A DNA stretch of 64,000 nucleotides from an uncultured Cohaesibacter sp. (GCA_963664735.1 OY761553.1:447303-511302), one strand, 5' to 3'; shown: positions 10,158 to 20,520, numbered from the stretch's first letter. Numbers and translations: made by a program. The notes: generated by a model not told the origin, from the sequence alone.

Positions 10158-11939
10158 ATGCATCCTTATCGCAGCCATACCTGTGGCGATCTTCGAGATA
10201 GCCATGTGGGCGAAACCGTTCGTTTGTCTGGTTGGGTCCATCGTGTCCGCGACCACGGCGGCCTTCTGTTCATTGATTTGCGCGACCAGTATGGTCTTAC
10301 CCAGGTCGTGGCTGATCCAGATTCTCCCGCCTTTACTGATGCTGAAAAAGTGCGCAGTGAATGGTGTATCCGGATCGAGGGCGAAGTGAAGGCCCGCTCC
10401 GAAGACACGATCAACGAACAACTGCCGACCGGTAAAGTCGAGATCTTTATCTCCAAACTGGATGTTCTTGGCGCTTCCAAAGAGCTGCCATTGCCTGTCT
10501 TTGGTGAACCTGATTATCCCGAAGACACCCGTTTGAAATTCCGCTTCCTTGATTTGCGCCGTGAAACCCTTCACGCCAACATCATCAAGCGCACCAAAAT
10601 CATGGCATCTGCACGTCGCCGGATGAGCGAAATCGGGTTCAACGAGTTCCAGACCCCGATCCTTACCGCTTCTTCTCCGGAAGGTGCACGCGACTATCTG
10701 GTGCCGTCCCGTATCCATCCGGGCAAGTTTTTCGCTCTGCCACAGGCTCCGCAGCAGTTCAAACAGCTGCTGATGATGTCTGGCTTTGACAAGTATTTCC
10801 AGATCGCACCTTGCTTCCGTGATGAAGACCCGCGCGCAGACCGTCTGCCGGGTGAATTCTACCAGCTCGATATGGAAATGAGCTTTGTCGAGCAGGAAGA
10901 TATTCTGAGCACCATGGAACCGATCATCCGCGGCATGTTTGAAGAATTTGCCGATGGCAAGCCGGTGACCCAGGAATTCCCGCGTATTCCATACAAGGAA
11001 GCCATGCGCAAATATGGTTCTGACAAACCGGATCTTCGTATTCCGATTGTGATGGAAGAGGTTTCTGACCATTTCCGCGGTTCGGGCTTCAAGATCTTTG
11101 CTCGCATGCTTGAAGACGAGAAAAACGAAGTTTGGGGTATTCCTGCCAAAACCGGTGGGGCTCGTACCTTCTGTGACCGCATGAACAGCTGGGCACAGGG
11201 CGAAGGTCAGGCTGGCCTTGGTTATATCTTCTGGCGTAAGGGTGAAGACGGATCTCTGGAGGGGGCTGGTCCTCTCGCCAAGAATATCGGTCCGGAACGT
11301 ACCGAAGCCATTCGTACCCAGTTGGGGCTGGATGCTGGTGATGCCTGCTTCTTCCTTGCTGGTGATCCGAAGAAATTTGCCGACTTTGCCGGGCGCGCCC
11401 GTAACCGGGTTGGTGAAGAGCTTGATCTTATTGATCGTGATCGCTTCGAGCTTTGCTGGATCGTCGACTTCCCGATGTATGAGTATAACGAAGACGAAGA
11501 GAAGGTCGACTTCAGCCACAACCCATTCTCCATGCCGAAGGGTGAGTTGGAAGGGCTTGAAACTACCGATCCTCTGGAGCTGGAAGCCTATCAGTATGAC
11601 GTGGTTTGCAACGGCTACGAGCTGGGCTCCGGCGCTATTCGTAACCACAGCATCGATGTCATGAAGAAGGCGTTCGAAATTGCTGGCTATACTGAAGAAG
11701 TGCTGATGGATCGTTTCGGCGGCATGTACCGTGCCTTCCAGTTTGGTGCACCTCCGCATGGTGGCATGGCTTTGGGCATGGAACGTATCATCATGCTGCT
11801 TTGTGGTGTGCCTAACCTGCGCGAGATCTCGCTGTTCCCAATGAACCAGCAGGCTCAGGATTTGATGATGGGGGCTCCGAGCGACCCAACCAATCAGCAG
11901 CTGCGCGAGCTGCATCTGCGTCTTAATCTTCCAGATTAA
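10158..11939 (+). CDS. aspS: aspartate--tRNA ligase (possibly non-discriminating)
   Basis: [13 protein letters not shown] start, the OB-fold segment [19 protein letters not shown], and class II motifs ([24 protein letters not shown]). I chose ATG 10158 over the upstream alternative start at 10107. Confidence 0.95.
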   Translation: MHPYRSHTCGDLRDSHVGETVRLSGWVHRVRDHGGLLFIDLRDQYGLTQVVADPDSPAFTDAEKVRSEWCIRIEGEVKARSEDTINEQLPTGKVEIFISKLDVLGASKELPLPVFGEPDYPEDTRLKFRFLDLRRETLHANIIKRTKIMASARRRMSEIGFNEFQTPILTASSPEGARDYLVPSRIHPGKFFALPQAPQQFKQLLMMSGFDKYFQIAPCFRDEDPRADRLPGEFYQLDMEMSFVEQEDILSTMEPIIRGMFEEFADGKPVTQEFPRIPYKEAMRKYGSDKPDLRIPIVMEEVSDHFRGSGFKIFARMLEDEKNEVWGIPAKTGGARTFCDRMNSWAQGEGQAGLGYIFWRKGEDGSLEGAGPLAKNIGPERTEAIRTQLGLDAGDACFFLAGDPKKFADFAGRARNRVGEELDLIDRDRFELCWIVDFPMYEYNEDEEKVDFSHNPFSMPKGELEGLETTDPLELEAYQYDVVCNGYELGSGAIRNHSIDVMKKAFEIAGYTEEVLMDRFGGMYRAFQFGAPPHGGMALGMERIIMLLCGVPNLREISLFPMNQQAQDLMMGAPSDPTNQQLRELHLRLNLPD

Positions 11940-11971
11940 GAAGCCGAGATTTCAGATTGATTTCATATAAG

Positions 11972-11999
11972 AAAAGGCGGTTCATTGAACCGCCTTTTT
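11972..11999. terminator. bidirectional rho-independent terminator between convergent genes
   Basis: GGCGGTTC-ATT-GAACCGCC stem flanked by an A-run and a T-run. Confidence 0.8.
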
Positions 12000-12045
12000 G
12001 TTTGGTTGACTCGTGCTGGTCGGGAGAAGATCAACTGAAATTTAG

Positions 12046-14193
12046 TTAATCATTGTTGGCGATGACACTCAGTGCGAGAATGTAGGGGATCTGCTGGGGT
12101 GCTGTTACAGCCACGCCTAAAAGCTGAGCCAGAGGCACAGGAGCGGAAGGGCTCATGGTTACAGCCAGGCTTTTCGGGTCTTTCATGAAGCGATCCACTT
12201 CTGAAGCAACCGAGTCAGCAAATTCAGGCTCGGTGAAGGCGCTCATCATCGCTTTCAATTGCAGTGCAGCGGTGGACCGTATTTGTTCCGGTCCCATTCC
12301 CGTTGCTCCACCTGCCAGATTGATCAGTTCATTTAGTCCGCCCAGATCTTTAAGTGTCAGAGAGGCTGGCAATACAGACGCTGTTGCCATGATGGCGTTC
12401 GCGGTTTCTGGCTTGCTCAGATAGTCTTTCATGATGCCTCCCGCTCCAAGTGAACCGGACAGGGAAGCGATGCCTGGAAAAGCCAGATTGAGTGGATCGA
12501 TGACATAGGTTTGCTTGTCTGAATCCCAATTCATGGAGAGTTCTTCGTTTATTGTGAGATCATCCAAGCCAAGCTGATCAAGGAAAACCACGGCCAGAGG
12601 ATGTTGAAGCATCGTTTTGGAAATCTTCAAATTGTCGATTTTGGTCGACAATTTTGCCGGGATCGCAAGGCCTTGACGATCATAGCTGATCTTTGCCTGA
12701 TCAGCAGATAGGCCATGGCCGTTTCCGTCTTTATAGAGCAGGTCAGACAGGCCGATTGTCAGGGCATTTGGCCCAAGCTTGGCTGCATCGCTTCCCTCAG
12801 GCGGCATGTCATTCATCGAATCAAAGATGGCTTTCTCGATCAGGTCGTAATCGGCAAATTCCAAGTCTTCCAAGGCAAAGCGGCCAAGCTTGAAATTGAT
12901 GCTCGGTGGACCATCGTAAGTGATGCCAGAGATGGAGGATTCGCCGATGCCATTATTGCTGAAACCGGCTTGTCGGATTTCGTCGAAACCAAACTTGGCT
13001 TCCTGACCGATAAACGCCCCTTCCGGGATGGTGATTGTGGCGTTTGTCTTGCCGACCAATGTCAGGCCCATCGAAAAGCTTTTTGCCAGGTCAAAGCCTG
13101 CTTTGACAAATGCCTGCTGGTCGTCCTGCGAAAGATCGTCAAACTCCAAATCTTTTGCGATCATTTTGTCCAACAGAGGAACGACGTGGCTGGCTGGCTG
13201 GCTGACCAGAATGTCCGATTGGACGGAAGGGCCGAAGGTGACATCTGCAAGTCCGGGAATATTTAGCGTCGCGCCCTGCATTTCAGCCTTTTTAAGAAGA
13301 GGCTTTTTGCCCTCGATCGCTGGGGCGTTGGGATCCAGTGCACTCCATAGAGCACTCAGGTCGTAGCCCTCATAACGCACCTTGTCGATTTGGTAAGACA
13401 TGTTCAGAGGGGCTTTATCAGTAAGAGATGTTTCTTCTGAAGCCGCAGCCAAGCGCTCGTCCAGTTTGATATTGCTCTTCTGGTAGGCCACTTCATAGCT
13501 GCCAAACCCGCCATTCTGGTAGTCTTCCACCGACAAAGGGCCGATTTCCGTGGTTTGGATCGGTTGCTCGCTGTCTTTGAGGAATTGCTTGATCGAAAGG
13601 CCTTCGCCAGAAATTTTCTCATAGGCAGACTGCATCAATATCGGGCGCAAATAGTCAAGAGTGCTACCGATAGGCCGTGAGGGGGCGATCTTGAATTCCT
13701 TCAAAAATGGCTGATAGCCTTTCGTTATGACATTCGGGCCGAGGGTTTTTATCTCCATCCTGCTGTCATTCTGGGAGCCGGCAACATCAATTGTCATGTC
13801 GATTTTCATGCTGTCAAATTGCATGCTATCAAAGCTGAAACCGGCATCCTTGAGCTTCAGTCCCGTAAAGGCGACATCGGGCATTGAAACCGAAGCCATG
13901 ATTGATGTTTCTTGTTTCTGGCTTTGGGATGCATCATCGGTTTGGGTGCTGGCTGCTGGCTCCGTGCTGTTTTCAAAGTTCGGGAGCGTGAATGACAATT
14001 CATAAGTCAGATTCTGAACAATGAAGCGATCATCGGCTTCGTTGTAATGGACAGAACCTGCTTTGGCTGTAACGAGGCCAGAGTGGTTGAGATCTTTTAC
14101 GATTGCTTCCCATGCCGTTTCCGCATCGCTTTGGGCATGCACAAGTGCTGTCGAAACGAGAAGAAAACCAAGGGTTAGACTTGCTGATTTCAT
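12046..14193 (-). CDS. exported hypothetical protein (715 aa, Sec signal peptide)
   Basis: MKSASLTLGFLLVSTALVHA-QS signal peptide, with GAGAGGA SD-like 8 nt upstream of ATG 14193. No catalytic motif or family is recognised by eye. Confidence 0.65.
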   Translation of the reverse strand: MKSASLTLGFLLVSTALVHAQSDAETAWEAIVKDLNHSGLVTAKAGSVHYNEADDRFIVQNLTYELSFTLPNFENSTEPAASTQTDDASQSQKQETSIMASVSMPDVAFTGLKLKDAGFSFDSMQFDSMKIDMTIDVAGSQNDSRMEIKTLGPNVITKGYQPFLKEFKIAPSRPIGSTLDYLRPILMQSAYEKISGEGLSIKQFLKDSEQPIQTTEIGPLSVEDYQNGGFGSYEVAYQKSNIKLDERLAAASEETSLTDKAPLNMSYQIDKVRYEGYDLSALWSALDPNAPAIEGKKPLLKKAEMQGATLNIPGLADVTFGPSVQSDILVSQPASHVVPLLDKMIAKDLEFDDLSQDDQQAFVKAGFDLAKSFSMGLTLVGKTNATITIPEGAFIGQEAKFGFDEIRQAGFSNNGIGESSISGITYDGPPSINFKLGRFALEDLEFADYDLIEKAIFDSMNDMPPEGSDAAKLGPNALTIGLSDLLYKDGNGHGLSADQAKISYDRQGLAIPAKLSTKIDNLKISKTMLQHPLAVVFLDQLGLDDLTINEELSMNWDSDKQTYVIDPLNLAFPGIASLSGSLGAGGIMKDYLSKPETANAIMATASVLPASLTLKDLGGLNELINLAGGATGMGPEQIRSTAALQLKAMMSAFTEPEFADSVASEVDRFMKDPKSLAVTMSPSAPVPLAQLLGVAVTAPQQIPYILALSVIANND

Positions 14194-14500
14194 GGGAAGT
14201 ATCCTCTCATTTGGAGAAATTCTATTTGTAAAATATATCAAGATTCATACGTTAGAATTTTGAGGGTTTGAGGGCAAAGTCAAGTGAATTTGTGTCATAT
14301 AGCCTTTTGATCTTGGAATTGTGACGCAATTTCTCTGTGAGCTTTTTGCGCACTTCATATCAGAACAGGCTTGAGAAGGGCCTAATGGATATCCCGCATC
14401 ATATTGGAATGAGCTTTTGTTTTTTTAACGACGCTATTTATGGTTAATGCAATATTAGCTGTCACAGGATATTATTTTCTCAGGTTAGGGGAATTGCGCC

Positions 14501-16153
14501 TTGAGAAATAAGTTTCGGTCCATAGTTTTGCTGCTTCTTGGCGTGGTGCTCGGCATTTTGCCCGTGTTCGCTGCACATGTTGCCGTGCGGAGTTTTGTGC
14601 TGAATCGTGGTGAAGAATTCTTGAATTATTCGGCCCAGAGCACTTTGCAACGCGCGGAAGACTATGTGCAGGAAACGATTGATGTCTTTTCTGCGCTGCC
14701 GCATTACTGGGTGCCTGTTTGTGATGCGGATTTTCTCAAACGTTTAAAAGGGATGATGCTGCGTCATGAAGCAATTCATGATATCGGTCTGATTTATAAC
14801 AACAATTATATGTATTGCTCTTCCATGGAAGAGAGCTCTCATTTCTCCGCGACTTCCTCGCGAGTACCCGGTTCTGTTCCTCATTTGAGCTTTGGTGCCG
14901 TTACGGACAATGTTACGGAAAAAGACGGGTTGATGGTGCAATGGCGCATATCCGACTATGTTTCGCTCGGTGGGTTTATATTACTCGATAGTTTTTACCA
15001 GCAATCGCAGCAAACAGATTATGCCGAATCATTCCGTATGGTTTTGAAGCTGAATAATGGTGAGGTCATTACCACAAGCACGCCAGAAACTCGGCTTAGG
15101 GAAAAGGCTCCATTCTATGAATTTGAAAATGATCCTGCATGGACAAGGGATCTGATCAAACAAGAGTTGAGTTCGTCGCGCTATCCCATTTCAGTTGTTG
15201 TCGAAGTGCCGTTTGATGCTGTTTGGCAGTCTTTGGGTGGACTCGTGAATGTCGTTGATGGCTTTGGTGTGCTCACCGGAGCGCTGATCATGTTCTTCTT
15301 CGTTCGCATGGGGCTGCGCAAACCTGATCCTTATGTATCCTTGCAAAAGGCGATCCGTCGCAAGGAATTCATCCCTTACTATCAGCCGATTCTTGATATT
15401 CAGAGCGGTCGACTGGCTGGCTGTGAAGTGCTTGTGCGATGGAAGAAGCCTGACGGGACGATTGCGAGTCCCGGCCATTTCATCGACATTGCTGAAGCAA
15501 CTGGTTTGGCTCAGCCGATGACGAGCCTTCTTATGGCTCAAGTTGCACAAGACCTGTCCGAGAGTTATGCCGATCATCGCGATTTGAAAGTGGCAATCAA
15601 TCTGTTCAACAAGCATTTTGATGATCTGGAAATCATTCGTGAAGTGCAGCATGTTTTCGGTAATTCTGGCGTTCGCTTTGATCAACTGGTCTTCGAAATT
15701 ACCGAGCGTCTGCCTCTGGAAAATCTTGATCGCGCCAGAGCAATTATTGCCAGAATGCAAGAGTTGGGCATTCGCATCGCTTTGGATGATGCCGGAACAG
15801 GCCATGGCGGCTTCACCTATTTGCAAAAACTGGGAATGGATATCATCAAGATCGACAAGCTGTTTGTTGATACCATTAGGGTTGAAAGCAAAAGTGTGCC
15901 GATCATTGATTCTTTGAACCAAATGGCGAAGGGGCTGGACATGGTTGTTGTTGCTGAGGGCGTGGAAACAGACGAGCAGCTGGATTATTTGCGCCGTTTG
16001 GGTGTTGATGAAGCACAAGGGTTCCTGTTTTCTCCCGCTTTGCCTGCCTCCGCCTATTTGCAATTGATTAAAGCGCTGGGCAGCAAAAGCGGCAAAAAGA
16101 AAGCATCCGCCAAGTCCAGCAAATCCGATGACAAAGCGCGCAAGGCTTCCTAA
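14501..16153 (+). CDS. cyclic-di-GMP phosphodiesterase with a CSS-motif periplasmic domain and an EAL domain
   Basis: N-terminal TM, periplasmic segment with two Cys (VPVCDA and YMYCSSMEE), then a second TM. EAL motifs are present: FEITER, DDAGTGHGG, AEGVETDEQ, QGFLFSPALP. The start is TTG. Confidence 0.85.
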   Translation: MRNKFRSIVLLLLGVVLGILPVFAAHVAVRSFVLNRGEEFLNYSAQSTLQRAEDYVQETIDVFSALPHYWVPVCDADFLKRLKGMMLRHEAIHDIGLIYNNNYMYCSSMEESSHFSATSSRVPGSVPHLSFGAVTDNVTEKDGLMVQWRISDYVSLGGFILLDSFYQQSQQTDYAESFRMVLKLNNGEVITTSTPETRLREKAPFYEFENDPAWTRDLIKQELSSSRYPISVVVEVPFDAVWQSLGGLVNVVDGFGVLTGALIMFFFVRMGLRKPDPYVSLQKAIRRKEFIPYYQPILDIQSGRLAGCEVLVRWKKPDGTIASPGHFIDIAEATGLAQPMTSLLMAQVAQDLSESYADHRDLKVAINLFNKHFDDLEIIREVQHVFGNSGVRFDQLVFEITERLPLENLDRARAIIARMQELGIRIALDDAGTGHGGFTYLQKLGMDIIKIDKLFVDTIRVESKSVPIIDSLNQMAKGLDMVVVAEGVETDEQLDYLRRLGVDEAQGFLFSPALPASAYLQLIKALGSKSGKKKASAKSSKSDDKARKAS

Positions 16154-16341
16154 GGCATCTGGCTATTTTCTCTGACTGATTTTGTGAAGGCTAAGATGTC
16201 TCGGATATAATTGGCTTTTTTATATATCACATTATATTTATCACAATTCAGAAGAGTGAATTCTGGATAGTACGCATAAAAATCAACCGAATTTTCACTG
16301 ATTTATGTTCAAATTAGCCTCAATTTATTGGGCGAGGCTAT

Positions 16342-17967
16342 ATGATCAGAAATGCCAAGAAAATAGCAGGGTATACGCTTCTGGCGGTTGCGAGCGCAGG
16401 CTTGCTGACCCTTGGAATGCAATATGGCATGCGTTGGCAAATCAAGAAGGACATTGAGCACGACCTTCAGGTCTCTGCAGGAATTATGCTGGAACGGGCT
16501 AGCAATGCTACGCAGACGGCAATAAATGTGCTCAACGATCTGGCGCAGTCTTCAGGTCTGTCTTGCACCAATGACTACCGATATCGCTATAGTGAAGCCG
16601 CTCGGTCAAACGCCTGGATCGATACCATTGGCTTGGTTGATCGCAGCGGGAATCTGGTTTGTACGGACATCGGGCAATCGGCTCGGCAAACCGGTTTGCT
16701 ATCTGCTTACCAACCGGGAAACAAAGATATAACCTTGTCACTGTCGGCAGGAAGCAATAAGGACGATCTTCCTTCACTGCTCGTTGTCCGACATGTGAAA
16801 AGCGGTCGTCGACTTGTGGCGCGCGTTCCTGGTGAGTTGATCTTGATCGACCCTGTTCGCAACGATCTGCGAAAATACCGCTTTGCGATGTTGTCGCTGA
16901 TTGGTGGTGCGCGTTGGTTTATTCTGGAGCCCGATGTTACCAAAGGCGATATAATCGACAAGGTCTCGTTAAAGTCCGACTATTTGCCATTCGAAGTTCA
17001 GTTGTCGACCACTGAAGCGGCGCTTGATGTAATCGGGCGTGAGGAGCGGGGCGCGATCAATATAATTGGCTTTCTTATGGGGCTGATCATGATTGGTGTT
17101 GGCTGGTATTTCGGTCGCTATCGTCCCAGTGACGGTGACATTATCCTTGATGCTTTGGACAATGGCGAAATCGTACCCTATATGCAGCCAATTATCGATC
17201 TGGATACGGGGGCGATTACTGGATGCGAGGTGTTGGCTCGCTGGAACAAGCCCGATGGCGGAGTTGTGTCTCCCGGCGAATTTATTCCTCTGGCCCAGAA
17301 CTACCACCTAACGCGGGAGGTCACCTGCGAGATTATGAAGCGTAGCTGCGAATTTCTTGATCCTGTGGTCAGGGAAGGGCAGGTGTTTAAGGTGGCGCTC
17401 AATCTCTTTTCGCATCAGATGCTTGATGACTCCATTGTTGCTGACATCGAAAGTGTTTTCGCAGGAAGCAATCTTGGATTTTCGAATTTGATCTTTGAGA
17501 TATCGGATCGAGTTCCTATTCAGGAGATGGATCTTGCCAGAGATGTTATCAGCCAAATCAGGGCCTTGGGGGCAGAGATTGCGCTGGACGATGTCGGGTC
17601 TGGGCATAGTGGCCTTTACAATCTCTCCTCGATAAGCGTCGATATTGTGAAACTCGATAAGCTTCTTATTGACGCTTTGGATGGTGGATTTGCCGGATTT
17701 GACCTTGTTCAGGGGCTGATTGATCTTGCCAAGAAATTGAATATTGGCGTGATTGCCGAAGGCGTCGAAACGGAAGAGCAGGTGATCCAGCTGCGCAAAA
17801 TGGGCGTTTCCGCTGCGCAAGGGTATCTTTTTGCACCACCGTTGCCCGCGGCTTCTTTCTGTGAGCTGATGAAGGTATCTCGGCGGCGCAATGGAGGCCA
17901 ATCTGTTGAGGAAGATGGGGCTGTCGAGGCCGAAGAGGTGGCACAGGCAGAAGAAGAGGCCGCTTAA
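16342..17967 (+). CDS. cyclic-di-GMP phosphodiesterase, CSS-motif-like periplasmic domain plus EAL domain (paralogue of the previous gene)
   Basis: Same architecture as the previous gene. The periplasmic Cys pair is GLSCTND and NLVCTD, so CSS is replaced by CTD. EAL motifs: FEISDR, DDVGSGHSG, AEGVETEEQ, QGYLFAPPLP. Confidence 0.82.
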   Translation: MIRNAKKIAGYTLLAVASAGLLTLGMQYGMRWQIKKDIEHDLQVSAGIMLERASNATQTAINVLNDLAQSSGLSCTNDYRYRYSEAARSNAWIDTIGLVDRSGNLVCTDIGQSARQTGLLSAYQPGNKDITLSLSAGSNKDDLPSLLVVRHVKSGRRLVARVPGELILIDPVRNDLRKYRFAMLSLIGGARWFILEPDVTKGDIIDKVSLKSDYLPFEVQLSTTEAALDVIGREERGAINIIGFLMGLIMIGVGWYFGRYRPSDGDIILDALDNGEIVPYMQPIIDLDTGAITGCEVLARWNKPDGGVVSPGEFIPLAQNYHLTREVTCEIMKRSCEFLDPVVREGQVFKVALNLFSHQMLDDSIVADIESVFAGSNLGFSNLIFEISDRVPIQEMDLARDVISQIRALGAEIALDDVGSGHSGLYNLSSISVDIVKLDKLLIDALDGGFAGFDLVQGLIDLAKKLNIGVIAEGVETEEQVIQLRKMGVSAAQGYLFAPPLPAASFCELMKVSRRRNGGQSVEEDGAVEAEEVAQAEEEAA

Positions 17968-18053
17968 TGCGAGCCTCTTATAACCTGCTTACTCATGGGG
18001 AAGTTTATTCCATTTTATATCCATTGAAATGATTGCGTGACATCATTTCATCT

Positions 18054-19541
18054 TTATTGAAATGCTGTTTCGGCAAAGCTGCGGAGCTTACGTGAATGCA
18101 GCCTTTCAACCGGCATTTTCCGCAAGGTTTCCATTGCCTTTATGCCGATTTTCAGGTGTTGGCTAACCTGCTGGTTATAAAATTCACTTGCCATACCGGG
18201 CAGCTTCAATTCTCCATGCAAGGGTTTGTCTGAAACACACAGCAGCGTGCCATAGGGTACGCGAAAGCGGAAGCCGTTGGCTGCAATAGTGGCGCTTTCC
18301 ATATCCAGACCGATCGCTCTTGATTGGGAGAGACGTTCCACCGGTTCTCGGTGGTCGCGCAGTTCCCAGTTCCTGTTGTCGATGCTGGCCACGGTTCCCG
18401 TTCGCATAATCCGCTTGAGTTCGTAATTCTTAAGCCCGGTTATGTCTGCGACAGCATCTTCAAGTGCAACCTGAATTTCGGCCAGTGGAGGAATTGGAAC
18501 CCATGTGGGAAGGTCTGCATCGAGCACATGGTCTTCGCGCACATAGCCATGAGCCAAAACATAGTCGCCCAACCGCTGCGTGTTTCTAAGGCCTGCACAG
18601 TGGCCCAGCATGAGCCATGCGTGCGGTCGCAGAACCGCTATATGGTCCGTTATCGTTTTTGCATTGGAAGGGCCAACGCCGATATTGACCAGCGTAATGC
18701 CGCTCTGGTCCTTGCGTTTGAGGTGATAGGCCGGCATCTGCGGCAGGCGTGGCGGAGCTTCGCCCTCAACAGGTTCTGAGTGTCCGGATGGCGTGATCTG
18801 GTTGCCAACCTCCACAAACTCTTCATACTCGGTAGAGCCTGTAGCCATTTGTTCTCTGGCCCAGTTTACAAACTCATCTATGTAGAACTGGTAGTTTGTA
18901 AAGAGGATGAAGTTCTGGAAATGCTCCGGTTTTGTCGCCGTATAATGCGCCAGTCGGTGCAGGGAATAGTCAATACGGGGGCCTGTGAAGGGCGCAAGCG
19001 GGATTACTTCATCGGGGCCGAAGTGCTGTGTACCGTTGACGATGGCATCGTCGGTAATGGCAAGATCAGGCACGTCGAAAACGTCTCGCAAAGGACGTGA
19101 CCATGTTTCGGGCAGAGCGCCTTCAACATTCATGCCATTTGGCCATGCAAAATGGATGGGAATTGGGGTGTCCGATGGCCCCACTTCGATAGCCACATTG
19201 TGGTTTGCCAGAAGCAACTCGATCTGTTGCTTCAGATAGTGGCTGAATAAGTCTGGTCGTGAAATTGTGGTCGAATAGGTGCCAGGCCCGGGGACGTGCC
19301 CGAATGAAAGGCGCGAGTCTATTTGGGCGTGGGTATCCGTCGTCATGCGGATTTCCGGGTAGGTGGCTCTGTACTGGCCAACTGCAGGAATGTCGTGCTG
19401 TGCTACGCGGGTGAAGGCATCTCGCAGAAATTCGGTATGAACTTCATAAATATCCAGTAGTCGCTGAATGGCGGCTTCTGCATCACGAAAGGTCTCGTGA
19501 GTAAACCGGTTCGGAGCGATCGTGGAAAAGGGTTTGTTCAT
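18054..19541 (-). CDS. amn: AMP nucleosidase
   Basis: 495 aa with a PNP/UDP phosphorylase-type C-terminal domain (GVGPSNAKTITDH, MESATIAANGFR) behind the Amn-specific N-terminal domain. Confidence 0.85.
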   Translation of the reverse strand: MNKPFSTIAPNRFTHETFRDAEAAIQRLLDIYEVHTEFLRDAFTRVAQHDIPAVGQYRATYPEIRMTTDTHAQIDSRLSFGHVPGPGTYSTTISRPDLFSHYLKQQIELLLANHNVAIEVGPSDTPIPIHFAWPNGMNVEGALPETWSRPLRDVFDVPDLAITDDAIVNGTQHFGPDEVIPLAPFTGPRIDYSLHRLAHYTATKPEHFQNFILFTNYQFYIDEFVNWAREQMATGSTEYEEFVEVGNQITPSGHSEPVEGEAPPRLPQMPAYHLKRKDQSGITLVNIGVGPSNAKTITDHIAVLRPHAWLMLGHCAGLRNTQRLGDYVLAHGYVREDHVLDADLPTWVPIPPLAEIQVALEDAVADITGLKNYELKRIMRTGTVASIDNRNWELRDHREPVERLSQSRAIGLDMESATIAANGFRFRVPYGTLLCVSDKPLHGELKLPGMASEFYNQQVSQHLKIGIKAMETLRKMPVERLHSRKLRSFAETAFQ

Positions 19542-19855
19542 TTATTCATTCTCCTTTTCCTCTGGCTTTTTCCAGTGTTTCTGTAAAAAGGTCAAGGGAA
19601 AATATTATATAAGCAACAATACTACGTCTTGTGTTGCAATTAGGTGTACGGTTGCGATGCTTCAAGAGCCAGATAGCCAAATAAAAGCCGTGTTTTGCGA
19701 AGGAGTATAGGGCATTTTTTTAAGATAATGCTCTTTTATGAAGGTGTGAAATGGGCGGCAACCGGTTCGAAGCGGCAATTTGCAAAGAAGGTTGCAACAA
19801 TATGCGGGCAAAATTTGCAGATGTGCGTTATGCTTTGTGACATCTGCTGAAAGAC

Positions 19856-19907
19856 ATGGGGGGCTTGCTGTGTCCGTTGAATGGGGGGGGCTTGCTGTGT
19901 CCGTTGA
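19856..19907 (+). repeat. tandem direct duplication (25 nt + 27 nt) of the LysE translation-initiation region, with G6 and G8 homopolymers
   Basis: ATGGGGGGCTTGCTGTGTCCGTTGA is followed immediately by ATGGGGGGGGCTTGCTGTGTCCGTTGA. Each copy has a G-tract, then 6 nt, then an in-frame GTG. Confidence 0.9.
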
Positions 19908-20520
19908 ATTTCTGATCACATCCTTTTTCATCGTCATCATGCCCGGAACCGGCATGATTTATACGCTCATGGTGACATTGCGCCGAGGGCTTCGAATGGG
20001 GCTGCTGGCCGCACTTGGCGGGACGCTATCGATTATCTCCCATATAACGGCGGCTGTGCTGGGGCTTGCGGCGCTGCTGCATGCCAGCGCCATGGCCTTT
20101 CAGATGGTCAAGTTTGCCGGGGTCGCCTATCTGCTATTCATGGCCTACAAGATGATGCGGGACAAGGAGCATTTTGACGCCGAGCATCTGGCGGCAGGGC
20201 CTGCGCAGAAGCGGACGGCTTATGGCGTCGTGCGTGACGGGATCCTGCTCAATCTGCTCAATCCGAAGCTGTCGATTTTCTTTCTCGCCTTTCTGCCTCA
20301 GTTCATCGACCCGAAGGCGGCCAGTCCTGTTCTGGACATGATCGAGCTTGGTGCAGTCTTTATGGTGATGACTTTTGCCGTCTTTGCCCTTGTCTCTTTC
20401 GCGGCGGCTTCCGTGCGAGATAAACTCCTGTCTCGTCCGGCTGTGATGGCGTGGCTAAAGCGTGGTTTTGCGGCGACATTCGTGGCGCTGGGAGCGAAAT
20501 TAGCGCTGACGCAACGCTAG
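19897..20520 (+). CDS. LysE family amino-acid exporter
   Basis: From GTG 19897 the product begins (M)SVEFLITSFFIVIMPGTG, the canonical LysE/RhtB N-terminus, and is about 207 aa. The G8 tract lies 6 nt upstream as an SD. A duplicated in-frame GTG at 19870 would add 9 aa. Confidence 0.8.
   Translation: MSVEFLITSFFIVIMPGTGMIYTLMVTLRRGLRMGLLAALGGTLSIISHITAAVLGLAALLHASAMAFQMVKFAGVAYLLFMAYKMMRDKEHFDAEHLAAGPAQKRTAYGVVRDGILLNLLNPKLSIFFLAFLPQFIDPKAASPVLDMIELGAVFMVMTFAVFALVSFAAASVRDKLLSRPAVMAWLKRGFAATFVALGAKLALTQR

Noticed and set aside
9933-11915. A 660-aa ORF lying fully antisense to aspS, remarkably long for DNA of about 50% GC.
   Set aside because: Its codons are exactly in register with the aspS codons. 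An antisense stop can then only arise from sense TTA, CTA or TCA codons, which this well-expressed gene evidently avoids. The translation is low-complexity and His/Arg/Phe-rich, with no motifs, no SD and no independent conservation signal. It is a shadow ORF.
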